Below are positions 1-12,795 of a stretch of 64,000 bases of DNA, piece after piece (within the stretch, counting starts at the first letter, position 1; every line of letters starts with the position of its first letter). The notes under the pieces are model-generated. The model was not told the DNA's origin. It worked only from the letters and a program-made list of their open reading frames with translations, and did no database searches. The stretch comes from Octopus vulgaris (lineage: Eukaryota). The stretch lies in NCBI GenBank assembly GCA_951406725.2, contig OX597828.1, positions 62,062,001-62,126,000 of the forward strand. The letters run 5' to 3'. Made by a program: the position numbers and the translations under genes.

Positions 1-153
1 TTTACAACCGTTTCATAAACTTGTTAGTTACATAATATTGTTACATCAATATTAATAAGTGAATATATGAACGTGTGTGTAGCCATATCTAGAAAAGTAC
101 TGATATGTGTACCAAGAGACTAATCCTCAGAACGATACGTGGTGGATGAAAAC

Positions 154-217
<64 letters not shown>

Positions 218-1044
218 TATACATAATGTACTGATCCGTGATAGAAAATAGAGAGAGAGAGAGTATGTCGTGGCACTCCGTCGGTTACTACGACGAGGGT
301 TCCAGTTGATCCAATCAACGGAACAGCCTGCTCGTGAGATTAACGTACAAGTGGCTGAGCACTCCAGAGACACGTGTATCCTTAACGTAATTCTCGGGGG
401 AGATTCAGTGTGACACAGAGTGTGAAAAGGCTGGCCCTTTGAAATACAGGAGGAAAAGTGAGTTCGGAAGATTACTGTGATATACCTCACTGTACTGTGT
501 CTACACCTATCAGATTTCATTCCCAATCTAGGTTCTGTCCACGACCAAGAACTTCCAATAGCCCAGTCCACCTAGCCATAAGCAGGTACAACAATTTATC
601 ATAATTCACTGTACTGCGTTTCGATGTAAGATAATTGACTGGCAACAAATCAGTCCACCTGACTGAAAGTCTACACAATACTCTGATATTGTTGACTATA
701 GCGTCGTGAACATGACACTTAACTGTTCATACCTTAGTCCCGTTCACCTGGCTGTAAGTAGGTACAACACTCTCATATAGTCCACTACACTATCTATGGC
801 AACGGACCAGTCCTCTTAGTTCTAACCAAGCAAATTTTGCCCATTCAAAATCGTTATATATTCATTGTTTATCGTTATCATTGTATATATGTTTATAGTT
901 ATTGATTGTTTCTCTATTATTACAGATACACATCCATTTTGCTTTTTGCCTCATCTCCGTACTGTTGCTGTTAATTGTTGTGATCCTTTTGACCTTCCTT
1001 ATATTCAGCGTCAACCGTTATTGAAAAGTCGCTGTAAGTATTTA

Positions 1045-2285
1045 CCAGGTTGAGTCAAACGTTTTTTCGTATTTCAAGCTTTAATTAATTGTCCAATCAA
1101 ATTACATTTGTAAAGCGTGTATTAATCAAAATATATCCTATCGTATTCTATTCTCTCCCTAACGAAATACCGGGTGCCTACAACTCATTAATTCTACTGT
1201 CTGTTGTCGTCATTATGCCCGAAGCTCCATTTAACGCTTACGCCATTTGGCTGGTTTAGAGGCTGAAATCTCTCTGCACTCGTTTTCAACCTCATCCACA
1301 CTGTTGATCCTCCGTCCGTGCAGGAAGTGAGCTATGACTTGGAAAAAGTGGTAATCTGATGGTGTAAGCTCTGAACTGTGGATAGGGTGAGACAGCACTT
1401 CCAGCCCCTCAGATTCCTCAACTTTGCACTCAATCACAATGGCAGTGTGTGGTGGGGTATTGTCCTGCTGCAGTAGTGTGTGTCATTGATTGACCAATGC
1501 CAAAGTATCAGGCTTTCGAAGCGCTATATATTCACTGCGGCCGTTGAGCATGAATGACATTTTGGGACAAGGTCAAAGCGCAACACTCCCTTGAAATTCC
1601 ACCAAACACACAACATGACCTTCTGTTCGAACTATCCTTGTTTAACAACAGGTTCGGAAGTCTGTCCACAACGAAACCACTGATTTCTCTTATTAGGATT
1701 ACGAAAATAGATCCATTTCTTCATCCCTAGTTACAATTCAAGGCCCAAAACGGGCATCTTGAGGATTTTCCAGCAGCTGTCTGCAAATATTCACCAGTTG
1801 TTGTGTTTGGTGATTGGTCAGTTGATGAGGAACTTGCCAACGGCGTCTGTTCACAAGGCTGAGCTTATGGAAATGTCGATTGATGGTGCTTTGTGAAGGA
1901 CCAAGTTCTGCCAATGATGTACGAGTGGCTGTGATTGTCTGTTATTCGACCATTTGAAGCAAGGTCTCATCTTCCACAGCAGAATGTCTCCCTGACCCTG
2001 CTTTGTCTTCGAGACAAGTTTCACCTTCCTTGAAACATCTCAACAAGTTTCGTGCCACACTCTAGTTGACAGTTCCTGAATCTGCCACATCTTTTTTTAA
2101 ATTTTCACCATCCGTTATCAAAGCTGTAAAATAACCGATTAATGCTTATGTTATATGCGAAGATAAAGAACAAACAACTCAACAACGGTTTAGAGATGTT
2201 ATATTAAATGAAGGATATAATATGGAGATACGAGTTGCCAAAAATTAAAAACGAAAATTCGAAAAAAACTTTTGACTTAACCTGG
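1045..2285 (-). mobile_element. Mariner-type Tc1/mariner DNA transposon, full length, decayed transposase
   Basis: TA|CCAGGTTGAGTCAAA ... TTTGACTTAACCTGG|TA TIRs with TA target site, 1.24 kb; minus-strand remnants KWIYF, QQDNTPPH and HSSELTPSDYHFF (YSPDLAPSDY-like). Confidence 0.9.
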
Positions 2286-2377
2286 TATATATATATATAT
2301 ATATATATATATGATTATATTTATATATATGTATACATATATGTGAATATTTATACATATGTACATATGTACGAATA

Positions 2378-2464
<87 letters not shown>

Positions 2465-3029
2465 TCGGACCATGTTTCTACCAAGGTATCAATTTCTGTA
2501 AATTAATGTTTGGTTTGTTTCTCTTTCCAGTCTATTCGACTTTTTTTTTCCGATTTTTTATTTTCTTTCTTTTATTTGTCTCTCCAAAGGCTATAATAAA
2601 AGAGAGAATGAACGCAAACAACACGCGCAACACCGGTTACCCGCCAAACTGTTGGATGTAAAAACCACATAACTACTAACCAACAAACGCCAAACTGCAT
2701 GCTCCAGTCATTTAGTTGAATTTTATTTCTGTAATATATACATAAATGTATATAATAAATGTGTCTGTGTGTGTGTGTGTGTGTGTCTGTGTGTGTGTGT
2801 CTGTGTGTGTGTGTCTGTGTGTGTGTGTGTGTGTGTATCCTTGTAAGTACGAATATATATAAAGAAAAAACGCAGTATCAACACAACGTGATACTTACAG
2901 TGATTTACCTGGATTTATTTAATCCCTTTTTTGTTTCATTTTAACAGTATGTATTTATATATGTATAAATACATGTATATGTATATATAATTACATTTAT
3001 ATATGTGTGTATATATATATATATGTGTG

Positions 3030-3091
<62 letters not shown>

Positions 3092-3094
3092 CTG

Positions 3095-3127
<33 letters not shown>

Positions 3128-3361
3128 GTATATATATATGTGTATATCAGAACGCCATGGTAGATCGTTAGCTCCTACACGCATTTTTTCCTCTCCTTGT
3201 TTCTCTCCTTGTTTTTTTTTCTGTGTATCTTTCTGTCGAAGAGCGCAGGCTCGAAAGGTAAAAGACTTTTTCTATTTCTATTCCTGAGCGCCATACTAAT
3301 ACATTTGTTTGTTTGTACTCCACCTGCCTTCGTCTTTTGTTCATTTTCGTAAACTTTCCCG

Positions 3362-3449
<88 letters not shown>

Positions 3450-3674
3450 ATATATACTACACATATAATTCTTTGACGAGACTAGTATTGACATGACTTT
3501 CAGGTTTCGGTCAGCCAAGCCATTATTGGGCAGTCCCATCATGGCGGCTGAAATTTCGAAGTCACTGTCAACACTATTCTGTTTTAAGGATAATAATTTG
3601 TAATCTTCAAAATTATAGAGTAATTGTTTTTTATCTAACTGAACATAAAAACAAACATTTATATGTGTATGTGC

Positions 3675-3722
<48 letters not shown>

Positions 3723-3730
3723 GCTGTAAC

Positions 3731-4729
3731 ATGCTGTAACAACTCCGCATGTATGCCATCAATACCCGGTGACTTCCCATTATTCAACCTTGAGACAGCC
3801 ATTGCAACTTCTTCCTACTTTGATGGTTCCGCGAGTGCTGCCTTCACAGGCAATCCAGTGATGAGATTGAGAACATCCTCACTAACTACAGACTGCTGAT
3901 TCAAAAGTTCATCAAAGTGTTCTTTTTGAATGCATTCTCTGATGTTTGCACTGCCTTAGGATTGACAGTCAATCTCAAGAAAGCTGTTGTCAGGCATCAA
4001 CCTGCCCCTGTTAAGCAGTATAGTGTACCAAATATCTATGTGAATGGTAAACGACTTGATGTAGTTGATCAGTTTGTTTACCTGGGAAGCACTATAAATA
4101 GATATGGCAATGTGGATGATGAAATTCCATATAGAATTAGGAAAGCAAGTGTTGCTTTGGAAGGCTAGAAAAGCGCCTCTGGAGTCGGCGAGATATATGC
4201 AGAAAGACAAAGATAAAGGTGTACAAGGCATGTGTGCTCCCTTCTCTTCTCTATGCCTGCGAGACGTGGGTCACATATCGATACCACCTTAAACAACTGG
4301 AACGTTTCCATCAGATGTGTCTCAGACGGATCTAAGGCATTAAGTGGAAGGACCGCATCAGTGATCTTGAAATATTGGAAAGCTCTCGGTGTGAAAGTAT
4401 AGAAGCTCGTGTTAAAGCAAAGGCTCAGATGGAGTGGTCATCTGGTCAGGATGAAGGATTCAAGGATGCCAAAACAACTCTTTCATAGAGAGTTACCTAA
4501 AGGAGAACGACCTCCACATAAACCAAAAAAGAGGTATAAGGACTTGCTGAGGGCTTCCTTAAGAGATGCTTGCATCTCTCCTGACACATGGGAAGGCATA
4601 GCTATTGATCGTAGCAGGTGGAGAAGGATTGTGCATGAGGGGACAGCCACGTTTGAGAAATCTCGAGTTGCACATGAGAAAGTAAGAAGGGATGTCAGGA
4701 AGGGCATCGCTGTTACACTTCCAGAAGGA
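3731..4729 (+). mobile_element. Truncated RTE-type LINE with an inverted 5' segment
   Basis: 3923-4729 matches 23360-24160 in the opposite orientation (FVYLGS, QRLRWSGHLVRM); 3731-3922 encodes FDELLNQQ...GKSPGIDGIHAELL on the minus strand. Confidence 0.88.
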
Positions 4730-4840
4730 AGTCCCTGTGACAAATGGTTCGACAAAAGAGAACCGATAAAATAAGTATTGGAGTCGATACATTCTACCAA
4801 AATTTTTTCAAGTCTGAAACAAGCAAAAGATAAAAGATAA

Positions 4841-4932
<92 letters not shown>

Positions 4933-5631
4933 TGATGATGAATCGCTTCATCTGACAGATGATACGAGTCCAAATTATTCGAGAACATTCCGATAATCGC
5001 CAATCTCGTCTTTGTACTCTAAAGTGACTTTGAACACCAGCTGATAACCTGCAACCCTTAAAGCGTGTATTACAGATGAGATCCCAAGTTTTGTATATCT
5101 TGCTGGTCCGTTTTCAAACCAGGGTTACTCCAACAGATTTTCTCACACTTTAAACAGATGTTACCAATAAGAATGGCGACACAACCTTACTAAATGAATT
5201 TTGCTTGTGCGAATATTTCGTGATTCTATGTGGCTTCTGTAGCCAGCTTCTGACAGATGTCAGTTACAAGAACTTCTTTTTGAATTATTAGTCTAGTACA
5301 CGGATGGTACACGTATATCTTTCTCCAGATACCCGATGGCTGGTCCAAAGCCGGCAATATTTTAAGTAGCAACGAAAAATAGCCTCGACTCGAATTAAAT
5401 GTGATATCGGCACAGGCATGGCTATGTGGTCGAGGAACTCGCTTTTACAACGATGTGGTCTCGAATTCAGTTCCAACGCTTGGTAGACGAAAATTCGAAG
5501 GTGGAGTGGGTGTCTGTGTTCCCCCGCCCCCACCTCAGTACCGCTTGACATATATATCTTCTATATCGTAAAGGTCATCCTTTATTCATCGTAAATTCAG
5601 AATATACATATGAGTGTATGTGTATATATAT

Positions 5632-6026
5632 ATATGTATCAAATGAAATAAAATGAAAAACAGGACACAAAGGATGTTGCGGTACATATGTTTCGAGCTT
5701 TATAGAACAACTTATTCTTACATCAATGCATAATCGACATAACAGATAGTTTAAAGCCCTCTTCAGCCGCATGCAATTGCTACACCAAAGACTTGTATCA
5801 CATTATGAAAGGTTTGAGAAAAAACATTTGGTATTGTTTATAATGGTAGGTAAACCGAGTATCACTGGGAAAGTATGTTTGTAAATCTTCATAGGCGTAC
5901 ATGGCATTATTAGACTCTCCCCCCCCCAAAAAAAAACCCGTCTATACCGTTTTCTCACTCAATATAGAATGAATACTGGGTAGATTCCTTCATGTAAGGG
6001 AAGTAATTGGATGTTGAGAGAAAACG

Positions 6027-6071
<45 letters not shown>

Positions 6072-6326
6072 GAAATGAGGTAATCAGAAGATCGGATGGT
6101 TTATATTTACAGATATTTATTTATATATTACATTTTTTACATATATATCATATCACTTAGATCATTAGCGCTTTCTCCAATTCTAGTGGGGTTTTCAAAT
6201 CAAAATAATTCCTTTGTGGGGAATTTTAATCATTTTATAGAGTTTCGTAGTGGTGGGGAGGAACAAGACAGCACAAGAGAGTGAGGTGGATGAGGAGGAA
6301 GTGAGAAAGAGAACATGTGTGTATGG

Positions 6327-6399
<73 letters not shown>

Positions 6400-7071
6400 C
6401 GTTTGTATCCGAGGCTAAAGAGAAAGAGAGTAAGGGAGAGGGAAGAAGAAGGATTTCCTTTGGTCTGCTGGACAGAACATCGACTCCAAGGAGGTTCTAA
6501 GAATTTCAGCTTTGACCACTTCAGTGTCACTGAGTGTGTGGTGGTGGGTAGGTATTTTTACTTTTTATTATATTTTATATTTTATTATATTTTATAATTA
6601 TATTTATATTTATATATATATATTTGTGATCCCAATCTTCATTAGCGTTTCCTCCCCTTCCCCTCCTTTCTCTTTTTTCTCTTTCTCTCAACATCCAATT
6701 CCTTCCCTTACATGAAAGAATCTACCCAGTATTCATTCTATATTGAGTGAGAAAACGGTATAGACGTTTTTTTTGGGGGGGGGGGGAGTCTAATAATGCC
6801 ATGTACGCCTATGAAGATTTACAAACATACTTTCCCAGTGATACTCGGTTTACCTACCATTATAAACAATGCCAAATGTTTTTCTCAAACCTTTCATAAT
6901 GTGATACAAGTCTTTGGTGTAGCAATTGCATGCAGCTGAAGAGGGCTTTAAACTATCTGTTATGTCGATTATGCATTGATGTAAGAATAAGTTGTTCTAT
7001 AAAGCTCGAAACATATGTACCGCAACATACTTTGTGTCCTGTTTTTCATTTTATTTCATCTGATACATATA
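5632..7071. repeat. Inverted repeat with ~390-bp arms (5632-6022 and 6682-7071), PLE-terminus-like
   Basis: Arms are reverse complements with few substitutions and each carries a hammerhead. Confidence 0.92.
5678..5771 (-). ncRNA. Type I hammerhead ribozyme (mirror copy 6931-7024 +)
   Basis: UGCGG-CUGAAGA-GGGCUUUA..UAAAGCUC-GAAA-CAUAUG-UA-CCGCA; palindromic stem III region. Confidence 0.85.
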
Positions 7072-7149
7072 TCCTTTCACCTCTGCTACTAGCTGGCATA
7101 TAGAGGTGCTTACATTTATAAAGTATTCACACTGAACTTATTGTACCTA

Positions 7150-7210
<61 letters not shown>

Positions 7211-7737
7211 ATAAATTCGAACCCAAGCTAAATAAGCAATAATAATAACACTTAGAGGTATTATTACCTCTACTTCTACTGCTACGACCATGACCACTAA
7301 CAACAACAACAATATTAAAGGTGATCAAGATGAAAACAGCAGGAAAATTATCTTATTTAGGGTTAAAAGTTCTATTGCCACCACCATCACCACTAGCAAC
7401 AATAATTAAGGTGCTGACAATGATGATGATGACAATTGAAATATAAAAATCCCTGACAAAGGCTATTTACAACATTTCTAAAAATAGCCCAACAATTGCT
7501 GCCTCGGCCAGGGTTAAGATACAGGACTCTTGACATGTTCAACAAAGCGTGACGCCTAAACCAATCAGCTCAACCAACCAATCAGCTTAAGTAATTGAGT
7601 GATACTACTCACTGATTGGTCAGAATACAGCTGGCAAAACCTAGCAATCTGGAGCCTACACAGCTGTATTTAAGGCACAGATTTAATCATCTCGCTACAG
7701 TCAAAAATTGTGAAGCATGACTGTCACCACTACTACA

Positions 7738-7782
7738 TGAACCTGAAGATTTCAGAATTTAATGCATGAAAGTACTAGTTCA
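7738..7782 (+). ncRNA. Degenerate minimal type I hammerhead
   Basis: UGAAC-CUGAAGA-(weak stem II)-GAAA-GUAC-UA-GUUCA. Confidence 0.55.
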
Positions 7783-7915
7783 ATCAGAATGAACATTTAA
7801 CATTCTATTATTTTATTTTATTTTATTATATTATATTATATTATATCATTATAAGATTGTAGATAAAACGTGAAAATCAGACAAGGTTGGAATTCCTTTA
7901 TATATATATATATAT

Positions 7916-9624
7916 ATTAATCAATATAGGGTGGCAAAAAAATTTTGTAGAATTCTTTTGCCACCAGCGGCCTAGTGGGAAAAAATTAAATAGTCATAAA
8001 CCATTTTTAAGTTCAACATCACAATCAAGGAACGGCCATAATAGGCCATTCACCCACTAGAAATAACAGCCAAAAGCTTTAACCGCAAAATAACATCAAT
8101 TCCGTAAACCAGGAGAAAATTAAAAAACATTTACCCTGTAATTTCTTATACGATGCACCGTTTCATCTACTGTTTAATGGTAAACTAACCTGATTAAATT
8201 AAATCAAGCCAATCTACCATAGGCCCTTAGATTCATCAGTAAGAAATAGCCAAGTCGGAACAGATATTTTTCACGAGGCATTCCCGTTGCTGCCTCGGCA
8301 ATATCTGACCTAAAATTTTCAAATTTGGCGCGAGTGCGACGATTTGAAAATTTTAGGTCAGATATTGCCGAGGCAGCAACGGGAATGCCTCGTGAAAAAT
8401 ATCTGTTCCGACTTGGCTATTTCTTACTGATGAATCTAAGGGCCTATGGTAGATTGGCTTGATTTAATTTAATCAGGTTAGTTTACCATTAAACAGTAGA
8501 TGAAACGGTGCATCGTATAAGAAATTACAGGGTAAATGTTTTTTTAATTTTCTCCTGGTTTACGGAATTGATGTTATTTTGCGGTTAAAGCTTTTGGCTG
8601 TTATTTCTAGTGGGTGAATGGCCTATTATGGCCGTTCCTTGATTGTGATGTTGAACTTAAATATGGTTTATGACTATTTAATTTTTTCCCACTAGGCCGC
8701 TGGTGGCAAAAGAATTCTGCAAAATTTTTTTGCCACCCTATATTGATTAATTATGAATTTTCTGGTTAATTCCGTAATGGAATCGGCGGCTTATATTTAT
8801 TTGCTGCCGATAAATTTGGCGCGAGTGCGACGATTTGAAAATTTTAGGTCAGATATTGCCGAGGCAGCAACGGGAATGCCTCGTGAAAAATATCTGTTCC
8901 GACTTGGCTATTTCTTACTGATGAATCTAAGGGCCTATGGTAGATTGGCTTGATTTAATTTAATCAGGTTAGTTTACCATTAAACAGTAGATGAAACGGT
9001 GCATCGTATAAGAAATTACAGGGTAAATGTTTTTTAATTTTCTCCTGGTTTACGGAATTGATGTTATTTTGCGGTTAAAGCTTTTGGCTGTTATTTCTAG
9101 TGGGTGAATGGCCTATTATGGCCGTTCCTTGATTGTGATGTTGAACTTAAAAATGGTTTATGACTATTTAATTTTTTCCCACTAGGCCGCTGGTGGCAAA
9201 AGAATTCTACAAAATTTTTTTGCCACCCTATATTGATTAATTATGAATTTTCTGGTTAATTCCGTAATGGAATCGGCGGCTTATATTTATTTGCTGCCGA
9301 TAAATTTGGCGCGAGTGCGACGATTTGAAAATTTTAGGTCAGATATTGCCGAGGCAGCAACGGGAATGCCTCGTGAAAAATATCTGTTCCGACTTGGCTA
9401 TTTCTTACTGATGAATCTAAGGGCCTATGGTAGATTGGCTTGATTTAATTTAATCAGGTTAGTTTACCATTAAACAGTAGATGAAACGGTGCATCGTATA
9501 AGAAATTACAGGGTAAATGCTTTTTAATTTTCTCCTGGTTTACGGAATTGATGTTATTTTGCGGTTAAAGCTTTTGGCTGTTATTTCTAGTGGGTGAATG
9601 GCCTATTATGGCCGTTCCTTGATT

Positions 9625-9629
<5 letters not shown>
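7916..9629 (+). repeat. 490-bp tandem array (~2.7 units, 8321-9629) preceded by an inverted ~410-bp partial unit (7916-8324); retrozyme/PLE pseudo-LTR-like
   Basis: Units start at 8321, 8812 and 9302 and are near-identical; flanked by (TA)n; one hammerhead per unit. Confidence 0.95.
8419..8525 (+). ncRNA. Type I hammerhead ribozyme (further copies 8910-9016 +, 9400-9506 +, 8141-8247 -)
   Basis: AUUUCUUA-CUGAUGA-AUCUA[long hairpin]UAGAU-GAAA-CG GUGCAU CG-UA-UAAGAAAU; 8-bp stem I, complete core, GUA site. Confidence 0.88.
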
Positions 9630-9691
<62 letters not shown>

Positions 9692-9859
9692 TTTATTTAA
9701 AGCAGCAGAAAATTCAACAAAACCGATGAACGGCAACGGGAAACTCAGAGTAACAGGTTTTGTTGAATTTTCTGCTGCTTTAAATAAAGCATATTATTCT
9801 ACCACTGGTATTTGAGTACTCTTTTTTTCCACCTTGTTTCACATTTATGTGTTTAGTCT

Positions 9860-9918
<59 letters not shown>

Positions 9919-10029
9919 TTATGAACATATACATATACAGATACATACGTACATACATACATACATACATACGCACATACATACACACATACATACACAT
10001 ATATATATGTATGAATGTGTGTGTTAATG

Positions 10030-10098
<69 letters not shown>

Positions 10099-10519
10099 GG
10101 TCCCGGGTTGAGTCGGGGGTTAACGACAGTAAATAAGGTACTCAATACATAGCAGAGTAAAAAGTAATTTATTTTATAGAAGGAGCTTCTACAGGACTAG
10201 AACTGTTTCATTCAGATGAAATCTTCAGGAAGATTTCATCTGAATGAAACAGTTCTAGTCCTGTAGAAGCTCCTTCTATAAAATAAATTAATGTATATAT
10301 ATATATATATATGTATGTATATATATACATATCTATATATACTATTTTACACTTCACTAATGAAATGTAAACAGTATCATTTATAATATTAATAGTACTT
10401 GTAATATTATGTATGTGTGTGTGTATACATATATATATACACACACAAATATATATGTGTGTTTTGGGGTATGTGTGTGTGTGTGTGTGTGTATGAAACC
10501 ATACAGAAAGAGTCAGACG

Positions 10520-10553
<34 letters not shown>

Positions 10554-11271
10554 GAGAGAGCGGAGAGAGAGAGAGAGAGAGACGGACAGGTGGGCAGAAA
10601 GAAGTGCAGACACAGAGAGAGAGGCGTTAGGAGAGTAAACACGTAATGAAAAGAGAAGAGACGATCTAATGAAATTCTGAAGTGGTGGCCAGTGCCGCAC
10701 TACGATCTTTTCAAAGAATCAATACTTGAATCAGTTGAGGTTTTCATGACTTGCCCACCACGAACCCTCACCAATGGTCATTGGGTGCACCACAACTCAG
10801 CAAGTGAAGGAGGACTAAATGCTTAAATACTTGCGGTTGGGGGGGCAGCCAAATCCATGAGTTCTCTCGCTTTGCATGAGTAGGCGACACTAAATGTGAG
10901 GAGGGGGGGTTAAACGATTTATTTATATTCTATGTGTTCTCTTTATATTTATTTATATATTATATGCTTCTAACCCCTAACCCACTTTCCACTTTTATAT
11001 AACTTTGACGTGTTCATATCTGACACATTTTTCTAATAATCCTACATTTTGACTTTTAACACGAACGAAAAATTTTTGTATGAACGAAAATAAAGAAATT
11101 ATTATTATTATTATTATTTGTCTTCCATTTTTCAATATTGTTTCCATCTCTTGCCGAGCGGCTTCCCGACACCTAGGGCAAAGACACTCAGGCCATTAAA
11201 ATAAACACACCAGATTGTTCATTTACAAAATTAAATAAAGTTATGTAAAAAAAATATTTACATGGAAAGTG

Positions 11272-11336
<65 letters not shown>

Positions 11337-11340
11337 GTCA

Positions 11341-11408
<68 letters not shown>

Positions 11409-11415
11409 GTCATCA

Positions 11416-11474
<59 letters not shown>

Positions 11475-11484
11475 GTCATCATCA

Positions 11485-11539
<55 letters not shown>

Positions 11540-11541
<2 letters not shown>

Positions 11542-12287
11542 GTTTGACTTTTGCTTTACATTTGTACAAGTTGGCTCCAAGTCTCAGCCAGAGAGCTCAA
11601 GAGACAACAAGTTGGAAGTTCATGCTGGTGTTCTGCCTAGGGTGCCATATATTTGGTTTTGTACTTAGTGTTGTACAAGTGAATGTTTAAGAAACCATAC
11701 GAAAATTATGTTTGTTTTAAAACTTGAGATTACAAAGAAAGTATTTTGCGTAGGATATGAGCAGTTCCCATGAGCACTATCTTTTGATTTTCTGCCATTT
11801 TGGGGTTTCCTGGTATCTGAGCTAGATAGCAATCAGCCCCTTTTGCTATCATTTCAAGGGCACCTATGACAACAGGTATTGTTTTAGTCTTCGGGTTCCA
11901 CATTTTGCTAATTTCTATTTCAAGATCTTTATATTTGCTCAGTGTTTGGTAGGTCTTGACAGATACGTTTATATCGATTGGGACAGTCATATCAATGAGG
12001 AGGCATGATTTTTGTCTGAAGTCTTTCAATATGATGTCTGGCCTATTTGCATCTATTTTTCTGTCAGTTTGAATGGTGAAGTTCCAGAGGAGTGAGACGT
12101 GGTCATTTTCAAGCACTGGAGGTGGTTTGTATTCCCACCAGTTTTATCATGGGGCAAGTCCAGGCTGTTGCAGATTACCCAGTGAATATATTGTGCAGCT
12201 CTATCATGCCTGTTGAGATATTCTGTAGACGCAAGATGACTGCACTTGGAGACATGATCAATGGTTTCATTTTGTTTTGTTGTTGAC

Positions 12288-12290
<3 letters not shown>
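11540..12290 (-). mobile_element. 3' fragment of an R4/Dong-like non-LTR retrotransposon (CCHC remnant + RLE endonuclease) embedded in (TAA)n
   Basis: ETIDHVSKC..YLNRHD, RPDIILKD..LLIDMTVP..KYKDL..IPVVIGAL motifs; long (TAA)n on both sides. Confidence 0.85.
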
Positions 12291-12353
<63 letters not shown>

Positions 12354-12361
12354 CATTGTCA

Positions 12362-12444
<83 letters not shown>

Positions 12445-12460
12445 TTTATAATTATTATTA

Positions 12461-12494
<34 letters not shown>

Positions 12495-12507
12495 CATCAT
12501 CATCATT

Positions 12508-12713
12508 AAGACGGCGAGCTGGCAGAATCGTTAGCACGCCGGGCGAAATGCTTAGCGGTATTTCGTCTGCTGCCACCTTCTGAGTTCAAATTCTGCCGAC
12601 ATCGACTTTGCCTTTCATCCTTTCGATGTCAATAAATTAAATACCAGTTGCACACTGGGGTCGATGTAATCGACTAACCTTTTCGCCTCATAGTTACTTG
12701 CCTTGTGCCAAAA
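12508..12713 (+). mobile_element. tRNA-derived SINE family A (also about 18310-18510 -, 30520-30725 -, 32005-32155 -, 36794-36985 +, 37037-37268 -, 38295-38514 -, 44291-44500 +, 60792-60975 +, 60999-61205 +)
   Basis: GGCGAGCTGGCAGAATCGTTAG (A box) ... GAGTTCAAATTC (B box) ... GACTTTGCCTTTCATCCTTTCG body, repeated more than 10 times in the window. Confidence 0.85.
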
Positions 12714-12755
12714 TCAGAAACCGCAGTTGTTATTCTTATTATTGTTGTTGCCGTT

Positions 12756-12795
<40 letters not shown>

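Noticed and set aside
560-830. Diverged ~180-bp tandem duplication
   Set aside because: Too degenerate, with no coding or structural signal
8753-9443. Repeated 66-aa ORF in the 490-bp unit
   Set aside because: Short, no recognisable motif, overlaps the ribozyme; duplicated only because the unit is
8321-9629. CRISPR array or prokaryotic defence system
   Set aside because: Eukaryotic intron-containing DNA; repeats are whole-unit tandem copies without unique spacers; no cas genes
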